From Gammaproteobacteria bacterium (GTDB lineage: Bacteria; Pseudomonadota; Gammaproteobacteria; JABABF01): a stretch of 64,000 nt of DNA. Both the position numbers and the translations under genes were made by a program. This document shows, in pieces, positions 25,877 to 36,570 of the stretch (position 1 is its first letter; the number at the start of each line of letters is the position of its first letter). The DNA lies in the NCBI GenBank assembly GCA_965237805.1, contig OZ250153.1, forward strand, positions 1,088,001 through 1,152,000. Direction: 5' to 3'. The notes below the pieces were generated by a model. That model made no database searches. It was not told where the DNA came from and saw nothing but the letters and a program-made list of their open reading frames with translations.

Positions 25877-28168
25877 TCATATATTAGGGTGGGGAAAACC
25901 ATGGCTATGAAAGTATTCGTATTTTTTGCAATGCTTAGCGTATTTTTTGAAGAAATCATCAAGAATTTTTAAAAGGGATTTTGTTGAGTTTCCTGCGCTT
26001 CCTTGAGAGAAATACTTTTTCATTTTGTCCTCTATATACTCTTCTTCAATGTCAACATTGGATGCCATTTCTTTTATTTGTGTTGCGAGGTTTTCACGCA
26101 ATCTTTCAAACTTGTCGTCATCAAACCATAGTGCGTCGGGAAGCTGAAATTTTTCATAATGGTTATAGCTGCTCTCTAAAACACACAAAAATGCATAAAC
26201 TTTAGATATGGATTCATCAAACCATTCTTTCCATTTTCTATGATTAGAACAAAACATCATGTCGTCTCCATATTCCCAAGGACCATTAAAAATATTTTTT
26301 ATAACCGGAAGGTTAGGGAGAGCCATAACAAGGTATGGGTCGTCAACAATAACGGAAAGGTAAGAGAAATCGAAAAAGCAATCATTGCGCAATAAATCAC
26401 CTAATCTTTTCGTGGAATTCAACTTAATTTTTCCTGTGTCTGGATTTCGAAAGTCGCACTGCAACAATCTACCATGATGGTTTTCAGATAAGCTATAGAC
26501 GCATAAATTAAATATAGCGCGTTCATATTTTTCAAATGGTTTATACAGGTCATCCATTATTAGATGATCGTGCTCTAACAGCCAATGGGAGACAAAAAAC
26601 TTCAGCCAAAAAGTCCTATAGGTCTGTTTTTTTGCATAACCTGGCATTTGAGAGTCAACAGGGTCATTCATGCTTCGATATTTACTATTGACAAGAAAAA
26701 TATTTGACATGCCACAGGTGCTTTGTTGATAATATCGTTGACCATTCAAATGGGAATATAATATTACCATCCAGCCATATGCGCTTTTCCCCACTTCATC
26801 TGTGCTGCATAGAAGCGTTTTTCGCCACAAATGAATGATATGACGAAGGTTATTTGGTCTAAGATACAGGGGCGTATAGCTACATATTATCTTCGCTCTT
26901 TCTTCTAATTTATGTAGAAGCTGATCTGTCATTAAATGTGGCCCGGATTTCGAAGACCAACTCCTAAGAAACTTTATCCGCTCAGTCGCCACTTCTCTTA
27001 TAAATTCTTCATCATGAGGAGATTTTATGTGTATTTTACGGTGACTTGGGAGAGTGGCCAGCATGTCTATTCCGGTTATTTCTTTGCTCCGGACATCCCA
27101 TGCCTCGAGAGTTTCACTCCTTAATGCGAAAACAAATCTTATATTATTACCAGAGATATTTTCAGCCCGTCTATCTAATATCACTTTAATTAGCCGGCAT
27201 GCTATATGGGGCATTTTGCTTCCATGTCCATTAAACCATTCCCTAAACTCATCTTGATGATCTGGGCTACTTAGTAGCATTAGTGCAGAATCATCATATA
27301 TCATATCCAGGTTATCTATGTAGAAAGTAATACATCGACCTTGGAATAAAGAAGATAGATTATTTAATAATCTTGTCAACCCAAGTGAGGGCGTTATTCT
27401 ATGCTTTTCTAAAGTCTGTACATGGATGCTTCTTTTTAATGAATCCACAATTTTGGAACATAAAAAGTGCTCAGTTTCCACATCTCGTTGGTTTGAATTC
27501 GGCTCATCTATTAGTAGATTGATGTCAATATCAGGTGTCGCTTCCCTAGACTTAATGTAACAGTGCTTGGTTAGAAGAGTCGATTTTCCGCAACCAACAT
27601 CTCCAACGATAAAAATAATATTCTCATCTATAGTATCTAAATTCTCAGTCTGCGCATAATATCCATCGGTGTCTTCTTGATACTGGAACTTCACGCAGTG
27701 GTTTTCGAAAAATTCTGTATATAAGGGATTCACGGGAGCTGGTGCTTGCCTCAATTCTGGCTTCATACCCCTTATATTTTCTTGACTTATATTGTAAAAA
27801 TCTACAGGCTGATTCATTCCGGAAAACACCTCCTTAAAGGGAAAATTTTGCGGCATTTGATCTTCTCCCATATCCCTCGTCACGCCATGATCGTAGTTGC
27901 GCGGCATCTCGTTAGGAAAACATTCCTGCAAGCGCTTCAATGCCTGCTCGCGCACACCTGGCAGCCTATGTTTAATTAGCCAAGAGAGTCGGAATATGTG
28001 TAGTGCATTCCATCCTATTATGTGAATTTTGGATAATTGACGGAGTGACAACAACATTAGCACAATGGCTATTGGTGTTAGTATGAGTGTTGGTATGATA
28101 AGGATCAATTCCCAGTTCATCACTATAGAATCAATTATGGTGGTCAAGCCGCTAGAATTTATTGACAT
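25877..28168 (-). CDS. AT-rich P-loop NTPase with N-terminal TM helix, function unknown
   Basis: Walker A GDVGCGKST, Walker B FYIDNLD, RFVFALR; hydrophobic ILIIPTLILTPIAIVLMLL. Confidence 0.75.
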   Translation of the reverse strand: MSINSSGLTTIIDSIVMNWELILIIPTLILTPIAIVLMLLSLRQLSKIHIIGWNALHIFRLSWLIKHRLPGVREQALKRLQECFPNEMPRNYDHGVTRDMGEDQMPQNFPFKEVFSGMNQPVDFYNISQENIRGMKPELRQAPAPVNPLYTEFFENHCVKFQYQEDTDGYYAQTENLDTIDENIIFIVGDVGCGKSTLLTKHCYIKSREATPDIDINLLIDEPNSNQRDVETEHFLCSKIVDSLKRSIHVQTLEKHRITPSLGLTRLLNNLSSLFQGRCITFYIDNLDMIYDDSALMLLSSPDHQDEFREWFNGHGSKMPHIACRLIKVILDRRAENISGNNIRFVFALRSETLEAWDVRSKEITGIDMLATLPSHRKIHIKSPHDEEFIREVATERIKFLRSWSSKSGPHLMTDQLLHKLEERAKIICSYTPLYLRPNNLRHIIHLWRKTLLCSTDEVGKSAYGWMVILYSHLNGQRYYQQSTCGMSNIFLVNSKYRSMNDPVDSQMPGYAKKQTYRTFWLKFFVSHWLLEHDHLIMDDLYKPFEKYERAIFNLCVYSLSENHHGRLLQCDFRNPDTGKIKLNSTKRLGDLLRNDCFFDFSYLSVIVDDPYLVMALPNLPVIKNIFNGPWEYGDDMMFCSNHRKWKEWFDESISKVYAFLCVLESSYNHYEKFQLPDALWFDDDKFERLRENLATQIKEMASNVDIEEEYIEDKMKKYFSQGSAGNSTKSLLKILDDFFKKYAKHCKKYEYFHSHGFPHPNI

Positions 28169-28274
28169 TTACTCTTCCCTTAAGGTTGTTAACCTAATTA
28201 TTAGGTTCAAAATCACTTTCTGCGTGACGAATTGTTAAACATCCGTGAGGATGTTATATCACAGTGTCTCGCAA

Positions 28275-29642
28275 CTAGCGCAGGGCTGCCGGCAAAGCCG
28301 TTACCAGTTGCGGCCATATCGCAAGCAGAGCCAATAGCGTTAGCTGGATGATGATAAAGGGTATCACGCCCCGATAGAGTGCGCTAGTAGACATGGCCGG
28401 CGGCGCCACACCGCGCAGGTAGAACAGCGCGAAGCCAAAGGGCGGCGTCAGGAAGGAAGTCTGCAGATTGACCGCCAGCATGATGCCGAGCCACACCGGG
28501 TCGATGTCCATGGCCAGCAGGATCGGGCCGACGATGGGGACGACGAGGAAGGTGATCTCGATGAAGTCGAGGATGAAGCCGAGTAGGAAGATCACGATCA
28601 TCACCACCAGCATGGCAGCGATATGGCCGCCCGGCAGGTTCTCGAACCAAGCGCGCACGACTTCATCGCCGCCAAAACCTCGGAACACCAGCGAGAAGAT
28701 CGTGGCACCGATCAGGATCAGGAAGACCATGGCCGTGATGGCCATGGTGCTGCGAGCGCATTGGCGCAATATGTCGAGATCCAGCTGCCGGTGCGCCCAA
28801 GCCAACAGCGTCGCGCCGAGGGCACCGATGCCAGCGGCCTCGGTGGGCGTGGCGGCACCGGCCAAGATGGAGCCGAGGACAGCGCCGATCAGTAGCAGAG
28901 GTGCCGCCAGCCGCAACGCCAGCGCCTTCCCCGCCCCGGCGCTCTCTCCATCGGCCTTAGGGGGCAAGGGGGGAGCCAACTCCGGGTGCCGAGCTACGCG
29001 CAGCAGCACATAAGCGGCGTAGAGAGCGGTCAGCAACAGGCCGGGCACGATGGCACCAGCGAACAGATCGCCGACCGACACCGTCTTGGGCGAGAAAATG
29101 CCCTGCTGCAGTTGGGCTTCTTGGTAGGCGCTGGACAGCACATCGCCGAGCAGTACCAAGGCGATGGACGGCGGCACGATCTGGCCGAGGGTGCCGGTGG
29201 CGCAGATGACCCCGCCTGCCAGCGCCGGGTCGTAGCGGTGGCGGAGCATCACCGGCAGCGACAGCAGGCCCATCGTGACGACGGTGGCACCGACGATCCC
29301 GGTGCTGGCGGCGAGCAAGGCACCGACGGCGATCACCGCCAGCGCCAGCCCGCCGGGGCGGCGGCCGAGCAGCCGCCCGACATCCTCCAGCAGCGATTCG
29401 GCCAACCGCGAGCGCTCCAGCATCGTGCCCATGAACACGAACAGAGGCACGGCGGTCAGCGTGACATTGCTGAGTACACCGTAGATGCGGTTTGGCAGAG
29501 CCTGCAACAGCACCAGCTCGAATTGGCCGACGACGGCACCGAGCATGGCGGCGCACAGCGCCACTCCCGCCAGCGTGAAGGCCACCGGATAGCCAATTGT
29601 CAGCACTGCGCAGACGCTGGCGAAAAGGAGTAGCGAGGCCAT
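28275..29642 (-). CDS. dctM: TRAP transporter large permease DctM
   Basis: GYPVAFTLAG, AVPLFVFMG, GTLGQIVPPS, NLQTSFLTPPFGFALFYL. Confidence 0.92.
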   Translation of the reverse strand: MASLLLFASVCAVLTIGYPVAFTLAGVALCAAMLGAVVGQFELVLLQALPNRIYGVLSNVTLTAVPLFVFMGTMLERSRLAESLLEDVGRLLGRRPGGLALAVIAVGALLAASTGIVGATVVTMGLLSLPVMLRHRYDPALAGGVICATGTLGQIVPPSIALVLLGDVLSSAYQEAQLQQGIFSPKTVSVGDLFAGAIVPGLLLTALYAAYVLLRVARHPELAPPLPPKADGESAGAGKALALRLAAPLLLIGAVLGSILAGAATPTEAAGIGALGATLLAWAHRQLDLDILRQCARSTMAITAMVFLILIGATIFSLVFRGFGGDEVVRAWFENLPGGHIAAMLVVMIVIFLLGFILDFIEITFLVVPIVGPILLAMDIDPVWLGIMLAVNLQTSFLTPPFGFALFYLRGVAPPAMSTSALYRGVIPFIIIQLTLLALLAIWPQLVTALPAALR

Positions 29643-30236
29643 TCAGTCGCCGTTGGGCGGCGCTGAGCCACCCGCTTTGCCTGCCAGCCACAATCCGCGG
29701 CGCATCATGTCGGCCGCGCCTTGGGACAGCAGCAATACGCCCATCACCGGAATCAGGCTTTTCACTAGGAACAGCCCCGGCAGGCCGCTGGGGTGTGGCG
29801 AGCTCTCCCATACCCCCCAAGAGCGCAGCGCGTAGGCGCTGCCGAAATAGATCAGGCAGACACAGAAAGGCAGTAGCAGCAAAAGGCCGCCGAGCAGCTC
29901 CACCCAAGCGCGGCGGTGCAGCGACATGCGCTGGTAGAGGAAGTCGACGCGCACATGGCCGTCGCGACCCCAAGTGTAGGCTGCACCCAGCGCGATCAGC
30001 AGCGCGTGTAGATAGCTGACCGACTCCTGCAGGGCGATGGAGCCGATCGAGAAGCCGTAGCGCAGCACGACGACGGTGGCGGTGATGAATACCATGCCGA
30101 CCGCGCACCAGGCGACGGCAATGCCCAATCGGTGGTTGAGACGGTCGATGCCATCGAGCAGGGTGGAGAGTCGCTTCACCAGCAGGTGGGGGTGCCCGTC
30201 GGGGATGGATCCGACGAATTGCCCCAAGGGTGGCAC
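29643..30236 (-). CDS. dctQ: TRAP transporter small permease DctQ
   Basis: VVLRYGF, DGHVRVDFLY, ESSPHPSGLP; start may lie further downstream. Confidence 0.9.
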   Translation of the reverse strand: MPPLGQFVGSIPDGHPHLLVKRLSTLLDGIDRLNHRLGIAVAWCAVGMVFITATVVVLRYGFSIGSIALQESVSYLHALLIALGAAYTWGRDGHVRVDFLYQRMSLHRRAWVELLGGLLLLLPFCVCLIYFGSAYALRSWGVWESSPHPSGLPGLFLVKSLIPVMGVLLLSQGAADMMRRGLWLAGKAGGSAPPNGD

Positions 30237-30368
30237 GGGCTTGCATTATAGGGCGATAGCGGGCGATTACCCATCGGGTGGCGGGTCAACATGGTAATAT
30301 CGCGACTACAGATGTGGCCACCGTGGTTTTGGGGTGGCATCTGCGGGCAAGCACGGGAGCAATAGAAC

Positions 30369-31265
30369 ATGGACGGACTGGGGAGCCTCGGTGGCGTGTC
30401 GATCACTTTCCTGCTGTTTGCGCTGTTTATCGCGCTGTCGGTATTCAATGGGGTTCATATCGTTCCCCAGAGCAAAAACTATGTGATCGAGCGTTTTGGC
30501 CGCTATCGGCTCACGCTTAAGGCGGGGCTCAACTTCATCGTGCCCTTTCTCGACCGCGTGGCGGCGCGACTGAGCATCTTGGAACGGCAGCTGACCGAGC
30601 AAAAGCACAGCGTCATCACCCGTGACAATGTGACGATTGACATCAAGACCACCATCTTCTTCCGCATCCTCGATGCGGCCAAGGCGACCTACCGCATCAT
30701 GCGCTTGGAGCCAGCCATCAACAATGCCGTCACCGGCACCGTGCGCTCCATCATCGGCTCCATCGAATTCGACGAGGTGCAGTCTCACCGCGATGCCATC
30801 AACGCCCGTATCCTCGAAAGCCTGCAGGAGACGGCAGCTGGCTGGGGGGTGGAGATTACCCGCACCGAGGTGATCGATGTGCAGGTGGACGAGGACACGC
30901 GCCGCGCCATGCAGCAGCAGTTGAACGCCGAGCGCGAGCGGCGGGCGACAGTGATGGAGGCGGAGGGACGCAAGCAGTCGGCGCAGTTGGCGGCCGATGC
31001 CGAGCTGTACACGGCGCAGAAGACCGCCGAGGCCAAGCGCACGCTAGCCGATGCCGATGCCTATGCCACCAAGGTGATCGCCGAGTCGATTAACAACGGC
31101 GGCGATGCGGCAATACAGTTCGAGATCATGAAGCGCCAAGTGGAGGCGATGGGCAGCATCGCCAACGCCGACAACACCAAGCTGCTACTGTTGCCGAGCA
31201 ACATCGTCGATGCGCTGAGCGGCCTCAAAGATACGCTGGGTGCTGTCAAATCCGGCGGCAGCTGA
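30369..31265 (+). CDS. SPFH/band 7 (QmcA-like) membrane protein
   Basis: VIERFGRY, GLNFIVPFLDRV, VITRDNV, AERERRA. Confidence 0.92.
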   Translation: MDGLGSLGGVSITFLLFALFIALSVFNGVHIVPQSKNYVIERFGRYRLTLKAGLNFIVPFLDRVAARLSILERQLTEQKHSVITRDNVTIDIKTTIFFRILDAAKATYRIMRLEPAINNAVTGTVRSIIGSIEFDEVQSHRDAINARILESLQETAAGWGVEITRTEVIDVQVDEDTRRAMQQQLNAERERRATVMEAEGRKQSAQLAADAELYTAQKTAEAKRTLADADAYATKVIAESINNGGDAAIQFEIMKRQVEAMGSIANADNTKLLLLPSNIVDALSGLKDTLGAVKSGGS

Positions 31266-31292
31266 GGTGGGGGCGAGAGGGGGTATCGGGCG

Positions 31293-31595
31293 ATGTTAGA
31301 CCTAGTACTTTCCATCGCGCTCGGATTTATCTTCACGGCAAAATTCTGGCTGGCCGTGGCTGCTGCGCTCGGCATCGCCGAGATATTGACTGGCACCTTC
31401 TACGCTTTGGCTTTCAGCGTGGCGAGCGTGGCGCTAGCTGGCCTGCTGGTGCTGTGGCCCGGCCTGATGACCCTGTGGTACCACGTGGTGTTGGTATACA
31501 GCGTGCTGGGCTTGGCGATGAGTGTGCTGGTCTATCGCTGGAATCAGCAGAGCGTCGGTCAGAAGACGGATATCAACGAAGATCTGAGCAGCTGA
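31293..31595 (+). CDS. NfeD-like membrane protein (short form)
   Basis: FWLAVAAALGIAEILTGTFY directly after SPFH gene; ends near TDINED. Confidence 0.65.
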   Translation: MLDLVLSIALGFIFTAKFWLAVAAALGIAEILTGTFYALAFSVASVALAGLLVLWPGLMTLWYHVVLVYSVLGLAMSVLVYRWNQQSVGQKTDINEDLSS

Positions 31596-31668
31596 TCTGA
31601 GGGATCGGCCAAGCATCGAATATCCCATTCCCATGCCCTGAGCTTGGCTTTTTGTTGCGAGAGAGACC

Positions 31669-32778
31669 ATGCAAACGCAAGCTGCCGTAGCCGTGCAGGC
31701 GGGCCAAGCGCTCAGCGTGGAGACCGTGTCGCTGGATGGCCCCAAAGCCGGTGAAGTGCTGGTGGAAATCAAGGCGACCGGTGTATGCCATACCGATGCC
31801 TTCACCTTGTCCGGTGCCGACCCGGAGGGCATTTTCCCAGCCATCCTCGGCCACGAAGGTGCCGGTGTGGTGGTGGCGGTTGGCACGGGCGTGACTTCAC
31901 TGCGCGAGGGCGATCATGTCATCCCGCTCTATACGCCGGAATGCCGGCAGTGCGACTACTGCACCAGCGGCAAAACCAATCTGTGCCAAGCGATTCGAGC
32001 GACACAGGGCCAAGGGTTGATGCCCGACGGTAGCAGCCGTTTTTCATTGGGTGGCGAGCCCATCTACCACTACATGGGCACCTCCACCTTTGCTCACCAC
32101 ACTGTCTTGCCAGAAATTGCGGTGGCGAAGATTCGTCCAGACGCGCCTTTCGACAAAGTCTGTTACATCGGTTGCGGGGTGAGCACTGGCATCGGTGCGG
32201 TCATCAACACCGCCAAAGTCAAGCCCGGCGACAATGTGGTGGTGTTCGGTTTGGGCGGCATCGGCTTGAATGTGGTGCAGGGTGCGCGCCTCGCCGGGGC
32301 GAACCAAATTGTCGGCGTCGATATCAATCCGGACCGACGCGAATTGGCCGAGCAATTCGGCATGACACATTTTGTCAATGCGGCGGAAGCCGACGGCGAT
32401 TTGACAGCATATCTGGTGGATTTGACCGGCGGCGGTGCGGATTTCAGTTTTGAGTGCATCGGCAATGTCGAGACCATGCGCCAAGCGTTGGAATGTTGCC
32501 ACAAGGGCTGGGGGGAGTCGGTCATCATCGGGGTCGCCGGTGCGGGACAGGAGATCAGCACCCGGCCATTTCAATTGGTGACCGGCCGCGTGTGGCGCGG
32601 CACCGCTTTTGGCGGCATGCGCGGCCGTAGCGATGTCCCCAAAATCGTCGATTGGTATATGGAGGGGAAAATACAAATCGACCCGATGATCACCCACACC
32701 ATGCCGCTCGCCGACATCAACCGGGCTTTCGACTTGATGCACGCTGGCGAATCCATCCGCAGCGTCGTGGTGTTTTAG
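31669..32778 (+). CDS. frmA: S-(hydroxymethyl)glutathione dehydrogenase / class III ADH
   Basis: GVCHTD, GHEGAG, Zn cluster CRQCDYC...[13 protein letters not shown]. Confidence 0.97.
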   Translation: MQTQAAVAVQAGQALSVETVSLDGPKAGEVLVEIKATGVCHTDAFTLSGADPEGIFPAILGHEGAGVVVAVGTGVTSLREGDHVIPLYTPECRQCDYCTSGKTNLCQAIRATQGQGLMPDGSSRFSLGGEPIYHYMGTSTFAHHTVLPEIAVAKIRPDAPFDKVCYIGCGVSTGIGAVINTAKVKPGDNVVVFGLGGIGLNVVQGARLAGANQIVGVDINPDRRELAEQFGMTHFVNAAEADGDLTAYLVDLTGGGADFSFECIGNVETMRQALECCHKGWGESVIIGVAGAGQEISTRPFQLVTGRVWRGTAFGGMRGRSDVPKIVDWYMEGKIQIDPMITHTMPLADINRAFDLMHAGESIRSVVVF

Positions 32779-32780
32779 CG

Positions 32781-33632
32781 GTGGAGACCATCAGCAGCAA
32801 TAAAAGCTTCGGCGGCATCCAGGGCATTTACCGGCACGAGTCGCACAGCGTCAACACACCGATGCGCTTTTCGGTCTATGTGCCGCCACAGGCCGAGGCG
32901 GGTGACAAAGTGCCGGTGATCTGGTGGCTGTCCGGCCTGACCAGCACTGAAGAGAACTTCACCATCAAGGGTGGATTCCAGCGCCACGCCGCCGAGCACG
33001 GAGTGATTGTCGTCGCACCCGACACCAGCCCGCGGGGAGCGGGCATCGCTGGCGAGGATGAGGCCTACGACTTCGGCACTGGCGCCGGTTTTTATGTCGA
33101 TGCCACAGTCGCGCCGTGGAGTGGTCATTACCGCATGTTCAGCTATGTCAGCGAGGAGTTACCGGCATTGGTGGCCGCGCATTTCCCCGCCGACATGAGC
33201 CAACAGGGGATCATGGGATTTTCCATGGGTGGACACGGAGCGATGCTCTTGGCGCTGCGCAATCCGGGGCGCTATCGTGCGGTTTCTGCCTTTGCACCGA
33301 TCTGCCACCTCAGCGCGTGCGACTGGGGGCATAAAGCTTTGAGCGGTTATTTGGGAGATGACCGCACAGCGTGGCGCGATTGGGATGTGGTGGAGTTGAT
33401 CAAGAGCGGCAAAAGCTGCCCACCGCTATTGGTGGACCAAGGCACAGCGGACGAGTTTTTAGCGGCGGGACAATTACAGCCCCAAACTTTGCGCGCGGCC
33501 TGCGATACGACGGGGCAGGCTTTAACCTTAGGCCTGCAGGAGGGCTATGACCACAGCTATTACTTTGTGGCGAGCTTTATTGGGGAGCATATCGCCCACC
33601 ATGCGCGGGCGTTTTCGGGGGGTGGGGCTTAG
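32781..33632 (+). CDS. fghA: S-formylglutathione hydrolase
   Basis: WLSGLTS, APDTSPRG, YDFGTGAGFY, GFSMGGHG, GYDHSYYF. Confidence 0.95.
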   Translation: METISSNKSFGGIQGIYRHESHSVNTPMRFSVYVPPQAEAGDKVPVIWWLSGLTSTEENFTIKGGFQRHAAEHGVIVVAPDTSPRGAGIAGEDEAYDFGTGAGFYVDATVAPWSGHYRMFSYVSEELPALVAAHFPADMSQQGIMGFSMGGHGAMLLALRNPGRYRAVSAFAPICHLSACDWGHKALSGYLGDDRTAWRDWDVVELIKSGKSCPPLLVDQGTADEFLAAGQLQPQTLRAACDTTGQALTLGLQEGYDHSYYFVASFIGEHIAHHARAFSGGGA

Positions 33633-33654
33633 GCTGGGCGAGATTCCTTTTTGA

Positions 33655-34533
33655 CTAAGGATTTGCGGCAACCCGATTGCCGCTACGATACACTTCGGCT
33701 TGCAAGTCAGCCCATACATCGACAGCGCCGGGGCGCGTGTACAGCTGTGGCGAGGCGGTGTCCTGGGTCAATTTAAAAACGCGATAGAGCCAATAACTAT
33801 CGCTGTGCTCTTTGGAGGTGCTCAGTTCATTGCTGGTGATGAAAAATGGTGTGCGTATGCCCAACCGGGTGGTCTTGACTTCAATCCACTTCTCTTTGCC
33901 ATGCTTGTCGTATGAGCGTATGTCATAACCAGCACTCGGCCCCTGCGTTTGGGCGACATGTTCCACTTGCTTGGCCAAATGAGTTAGCCCGCTGTCATGC
34001 AAGGCCTTGCGTTCATGCTCTAATACCAGCGCTTCGCCAGCTGCCCCCACCGCATGGTTCATCGCCTCGATTAATAGGTAATTTTTATTTATTTTCTGAG
34101 GCACTAAATAGCGTGCTTTTTGCTCGGCAATATTGAAAACAGGGGGCTTAGTCAACCGTAGCACCTGTGCGCTAGCAGCCACTTTGATAGCTGGAGTGAT
34201 ATCAGTGGCCCATTGATACATAGCGCTCTCTAATTGGCGGCCTTGTGCTGAGTCTAAATATTCCCGCACCACACCCCGCAAACTTTGTTGGTAATGTGCG
34301 CCTCCCCGCGGCGTATAGCCCATCAGATGAGGTTGCCCTAGCTGCACCATCACAGCGGATATATTCATATGCTTATATTCGATAGATTTTTTTGACCGCT
34401 GCACCAATTTCTGCAAACTCTCCCGATGCGCTGTCTTGGAGTATTTCTCCTTGCTCAACTCCTTGAGCAACATGGCGAAGTAATCAGCCACGATCGCCTC
34501 ATTCTCCTGCTGGCTCCATGGCTCGCCCGCCAT
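33655..34533 (-). CDS. DUF3883 (NO VEIN C-terminal) PD-(D/E)XK nuclease-like protein
   Basis: WSQQENEAIVADYFAML, SIEYKHMNISA, GYDIRSY, IEVKTT, FFITSNE; lower GC. Confidence 0.85.
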   Translation of the reverse strand: MAGEPWSQQENEAIVADYFAMLLKELSKEKYSKTAHRESLQKLVQRSKKSIEYKHMNISAVMVQLGQPHLMGYTPRGGAHYQQSLRGVVREYLDSAQGRQLESAMYQWATDITPAIKVAASAQVLRLTKPPVFNIAEQKARYLVPQKINKNYLLIEAMNHAVGAAGEALVLEHERKALHDSGLTHLAKQVEHVAQTQGPSAGYDIRSYDKHGKEKWIEVKTTRLGIRTPFFITSNELSTSKEHSDSYWLYRVFKLTQDTASPQLYTRPGAVDVWADLQAEVYRSGNRVAANP

Positions 34534-34539
34534 CCCCCC

Positions 34540-34791
34540 TCACTTCGCCTCCACCCACCGCACCACATCCGCCGGGTTGTCTGGCTGTTTTCCGTCTGGT
34601 GCATCGCCCATCATCTCGTCCAGCACTTTGTGCAGCCCGCAGGCGACGCACTCCAAGGCTGGCAGGCCGCCCTCCGGCGCAGCTAACAGGGCGATGCGAT
34701 CCTCCGCCCCACACTCGGGGCAGATGGCCCCGGCGATAAAGCGCCGCTTGGGTTTTGCCGCGTCGCCCACGCGACCCTCGCTGGCACTCAT
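34540..34791 (-). CDS. YheV-family putative metal-binding protein
   Basis: KRRFIAGAICPECGAEDR...ECVACG. Confidence 0.85.
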   Translation of the reverse strand: MSASEGRVGDAAKPKRRFIAGAICPECGAEDRIALLAAPEGGLPALECVACGLHKVLDEMMGDAPDGKQPDNPADVVRWVEAK

Positions 34792-35621
34792 GCCGCGGCC
34801 TGCTCTCGGCGCAGCTCGGCCAGCACCGGGGCGGTATCCGGCTCCACGCCGCGCCACAGCTTGAAGGACTCCGCCGCTTGCTCCACCAGTAGCCCGAGGC
34901 CGTCGCTGACGGTGCCGCCCTGCGCCTGACCCCAACGCAGGAAGGGCTGAGCAGCGGTACCGTATTGCATGTCGTAGCAGTGCCCGCCCGGCAATAGCAG
35001 CTCCTCGGACAGGGGCGGCAGCTCGTCCGTCTGGCCCGCACTGGTGCCGTTGATGATCAGCTCGAATTGCAGATTCGCCAGCGTCAGCGCCTCGAAATCG
35101 CGCACGGTGATGGGGCCGATATTGGCGAAATCCTCCTCTAGCTCCTGCGCCCGTGACGGTGTGCGATTGACCAAGACCACCAGCGCCGGATCCTCCAGCA
35201 ACAGCGGCTCGAGTACGCCGCGCACCGCCCCGCCAGCCCCGATCACCAGCACCTGTTTGTCGGTCACTTGCCAGTCGAGATTGCGGCTGAGATCGCGCAT
35301 CAGGCCAGCACCGTCGGTGTTGTCACCGCGCACCCGACCATCCCCTGCTGGACTCAGCGTGTTGACAGCCCCGGCCTGCAGTGCGCGCCCGCTCAGCTCG
35401 TCGGCGCAGATTAAGGCGTTGCGCTTGAATGGCAGGGTGATATTGAGGCCCTTGCCGCCGCTGTCAAAGAAGTTGCGCACCGCCTCATCGAAGCCGTCCA
35501 ACGCCACCAGCTGGCTGTCGTACTCGATGGAGTCGCCGAGCGAGTGCGCGAAGGCGGCGTGGATGCGCGGCGACAAACTGTGCTCTATGGGGTTGCCGAA
35601 GACGGCGTAGCGCTCAGCCAT
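34788..35621 (-). CDS. aroE: Shikimate dehydrogenase
   Basis: [36 protein letters not shown]. Confidence 0.96.
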   Translation of the reverse strand: MAERYAVFGNPIEHSLSPRIHAAFAHSLGDSIEYDSQLVALDGFDEAVRNFFDSGGKGLNITLPFKRNALICADELSGRALQAGAVNTLSPAGDGRVRGDNTDGAGLMRDLSRNLDWQVTDKQVLVIGAGGAVRGVLEPLLLEDPALVVLVNRTPSRAQELEEDFANIGPITVRDFEALTLANLQFELIINGTSAGQTDELPPLSEELLLPGGHCYDMQYGTAAQPFLRWGQAQGGTVSDGLGLLVEQAAESFKLWRGVEPDTAPVLAELRREQAAA

Positions 35622-36570
35622 GATGCTCTCCTAGGGGCTCTTCTTCTTGCAGCCAGTCGCGGGGGGCGAGGAATTCCGCCTCCAGCCGCGCCTCTGGCCC
35701 GTCGATCTTGATGGCGGGCTGCCGCGTCCAGCGAGCCGACGGCGGCAGCGACATCAGGATCGACTCGGTGCGACCGCCGGATTGCAAGCCGAAGCGTGTG
35801 CCGCGATCCCACAGCAGGTTGAACTCGGCGTAGCGCCCGCGCCGATGGGCTTGGAAGTTGCGCTCGCGCTCGCCGTAGGGGGTGTCGCGGCGGCGGCGCA
35901 CCAGCGGTAGATAGGCCTCGAAGAAGCTATCACCGATGCTCTGGACAAAGCCGAGGCAGCGCTCGAAACCCCACTCGTTGAGGTCGTCGAAGAACAGGCC
36001 GCCGATGCCGCGCGTCTCGCCGCCCCGGTGCGGCAGCTGGAAATACTCGTCACACCAGCGTTTGAAGCGCGGGTAAACCGTCTCGCCGAAGGGAGCGCAG
36101 GCCGTGCGTGCGGCGGCGTGCCAATGGCGGCAGTCCTCGGCGAAGCCGTAGCAGGGTGTCAGATCGTAGCCGCCTCCGAACCACCAGGCCGCACCGCTCG
36201 TCGGCTCCGCGCTGAACACGCGAAGATTGGCATGGCAGGCTGGCACATAGGGGTTTTGGGGATGCGCCACCAGCGACACGCCAGCTGCATGGAACGGTGT
36301 CCCGACCAGCGCTGGCCGCCCGGTGCTGGCGGCATCCGGCAGCTGCTCGCCCCAGATGTGTGAGTAATTGACGCCGAGCTTCTCGAACACGCCACCGCCC
36401 TCAAGCAGTCGCGACTCGCCGCCGCCACCCTCTTCGCGTCGCCAGTGCTCGGGCTGGAAGTGCTGGCCGCCATCGACCTCCTCCAGCGCTGTGCACAGGC
36501 GGTCGCGCCAAGTCTTCAACCAGCTCAGCGCCGTCTCCAACGGCACCGATGGAGCGAGTGTCTCAGCCAC
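35614..36570 (-). CDS. hemF: Oxygen-dependent coproporphyrinogen III oxidase
   Basis: [46 protein letters not shown]; start approximate. Confidence 0.96.
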   Translation of the reverse strand: MAETLAPSVPLETALSWLKTWRDRLCTALEEVDGGQHFQPEHWRREEGGGGESRLLEGGGVFEKLGVNYSHIWGEQLPDAASTGRPALVGTPFHAAGVSLVAHPQNPYVPACHANLRVFSAEPTSGAAWWFGGGYDLTPCYGFAEDCRHWHAAARTACAPFGETVYPRFKRWCDEYFQLPHRGGETRGIGGLFFDDLNEWGFERCLGFVQSIGDSFFEAYLPLVRRRRDTPYGERERNFQAHRRGRYAEFNLLWDRGTRFGLQSGGRTESILMSLPPSARWTRQPAIKIDGPEARLEAEFLAPRDWLQEEEPLGEHHG

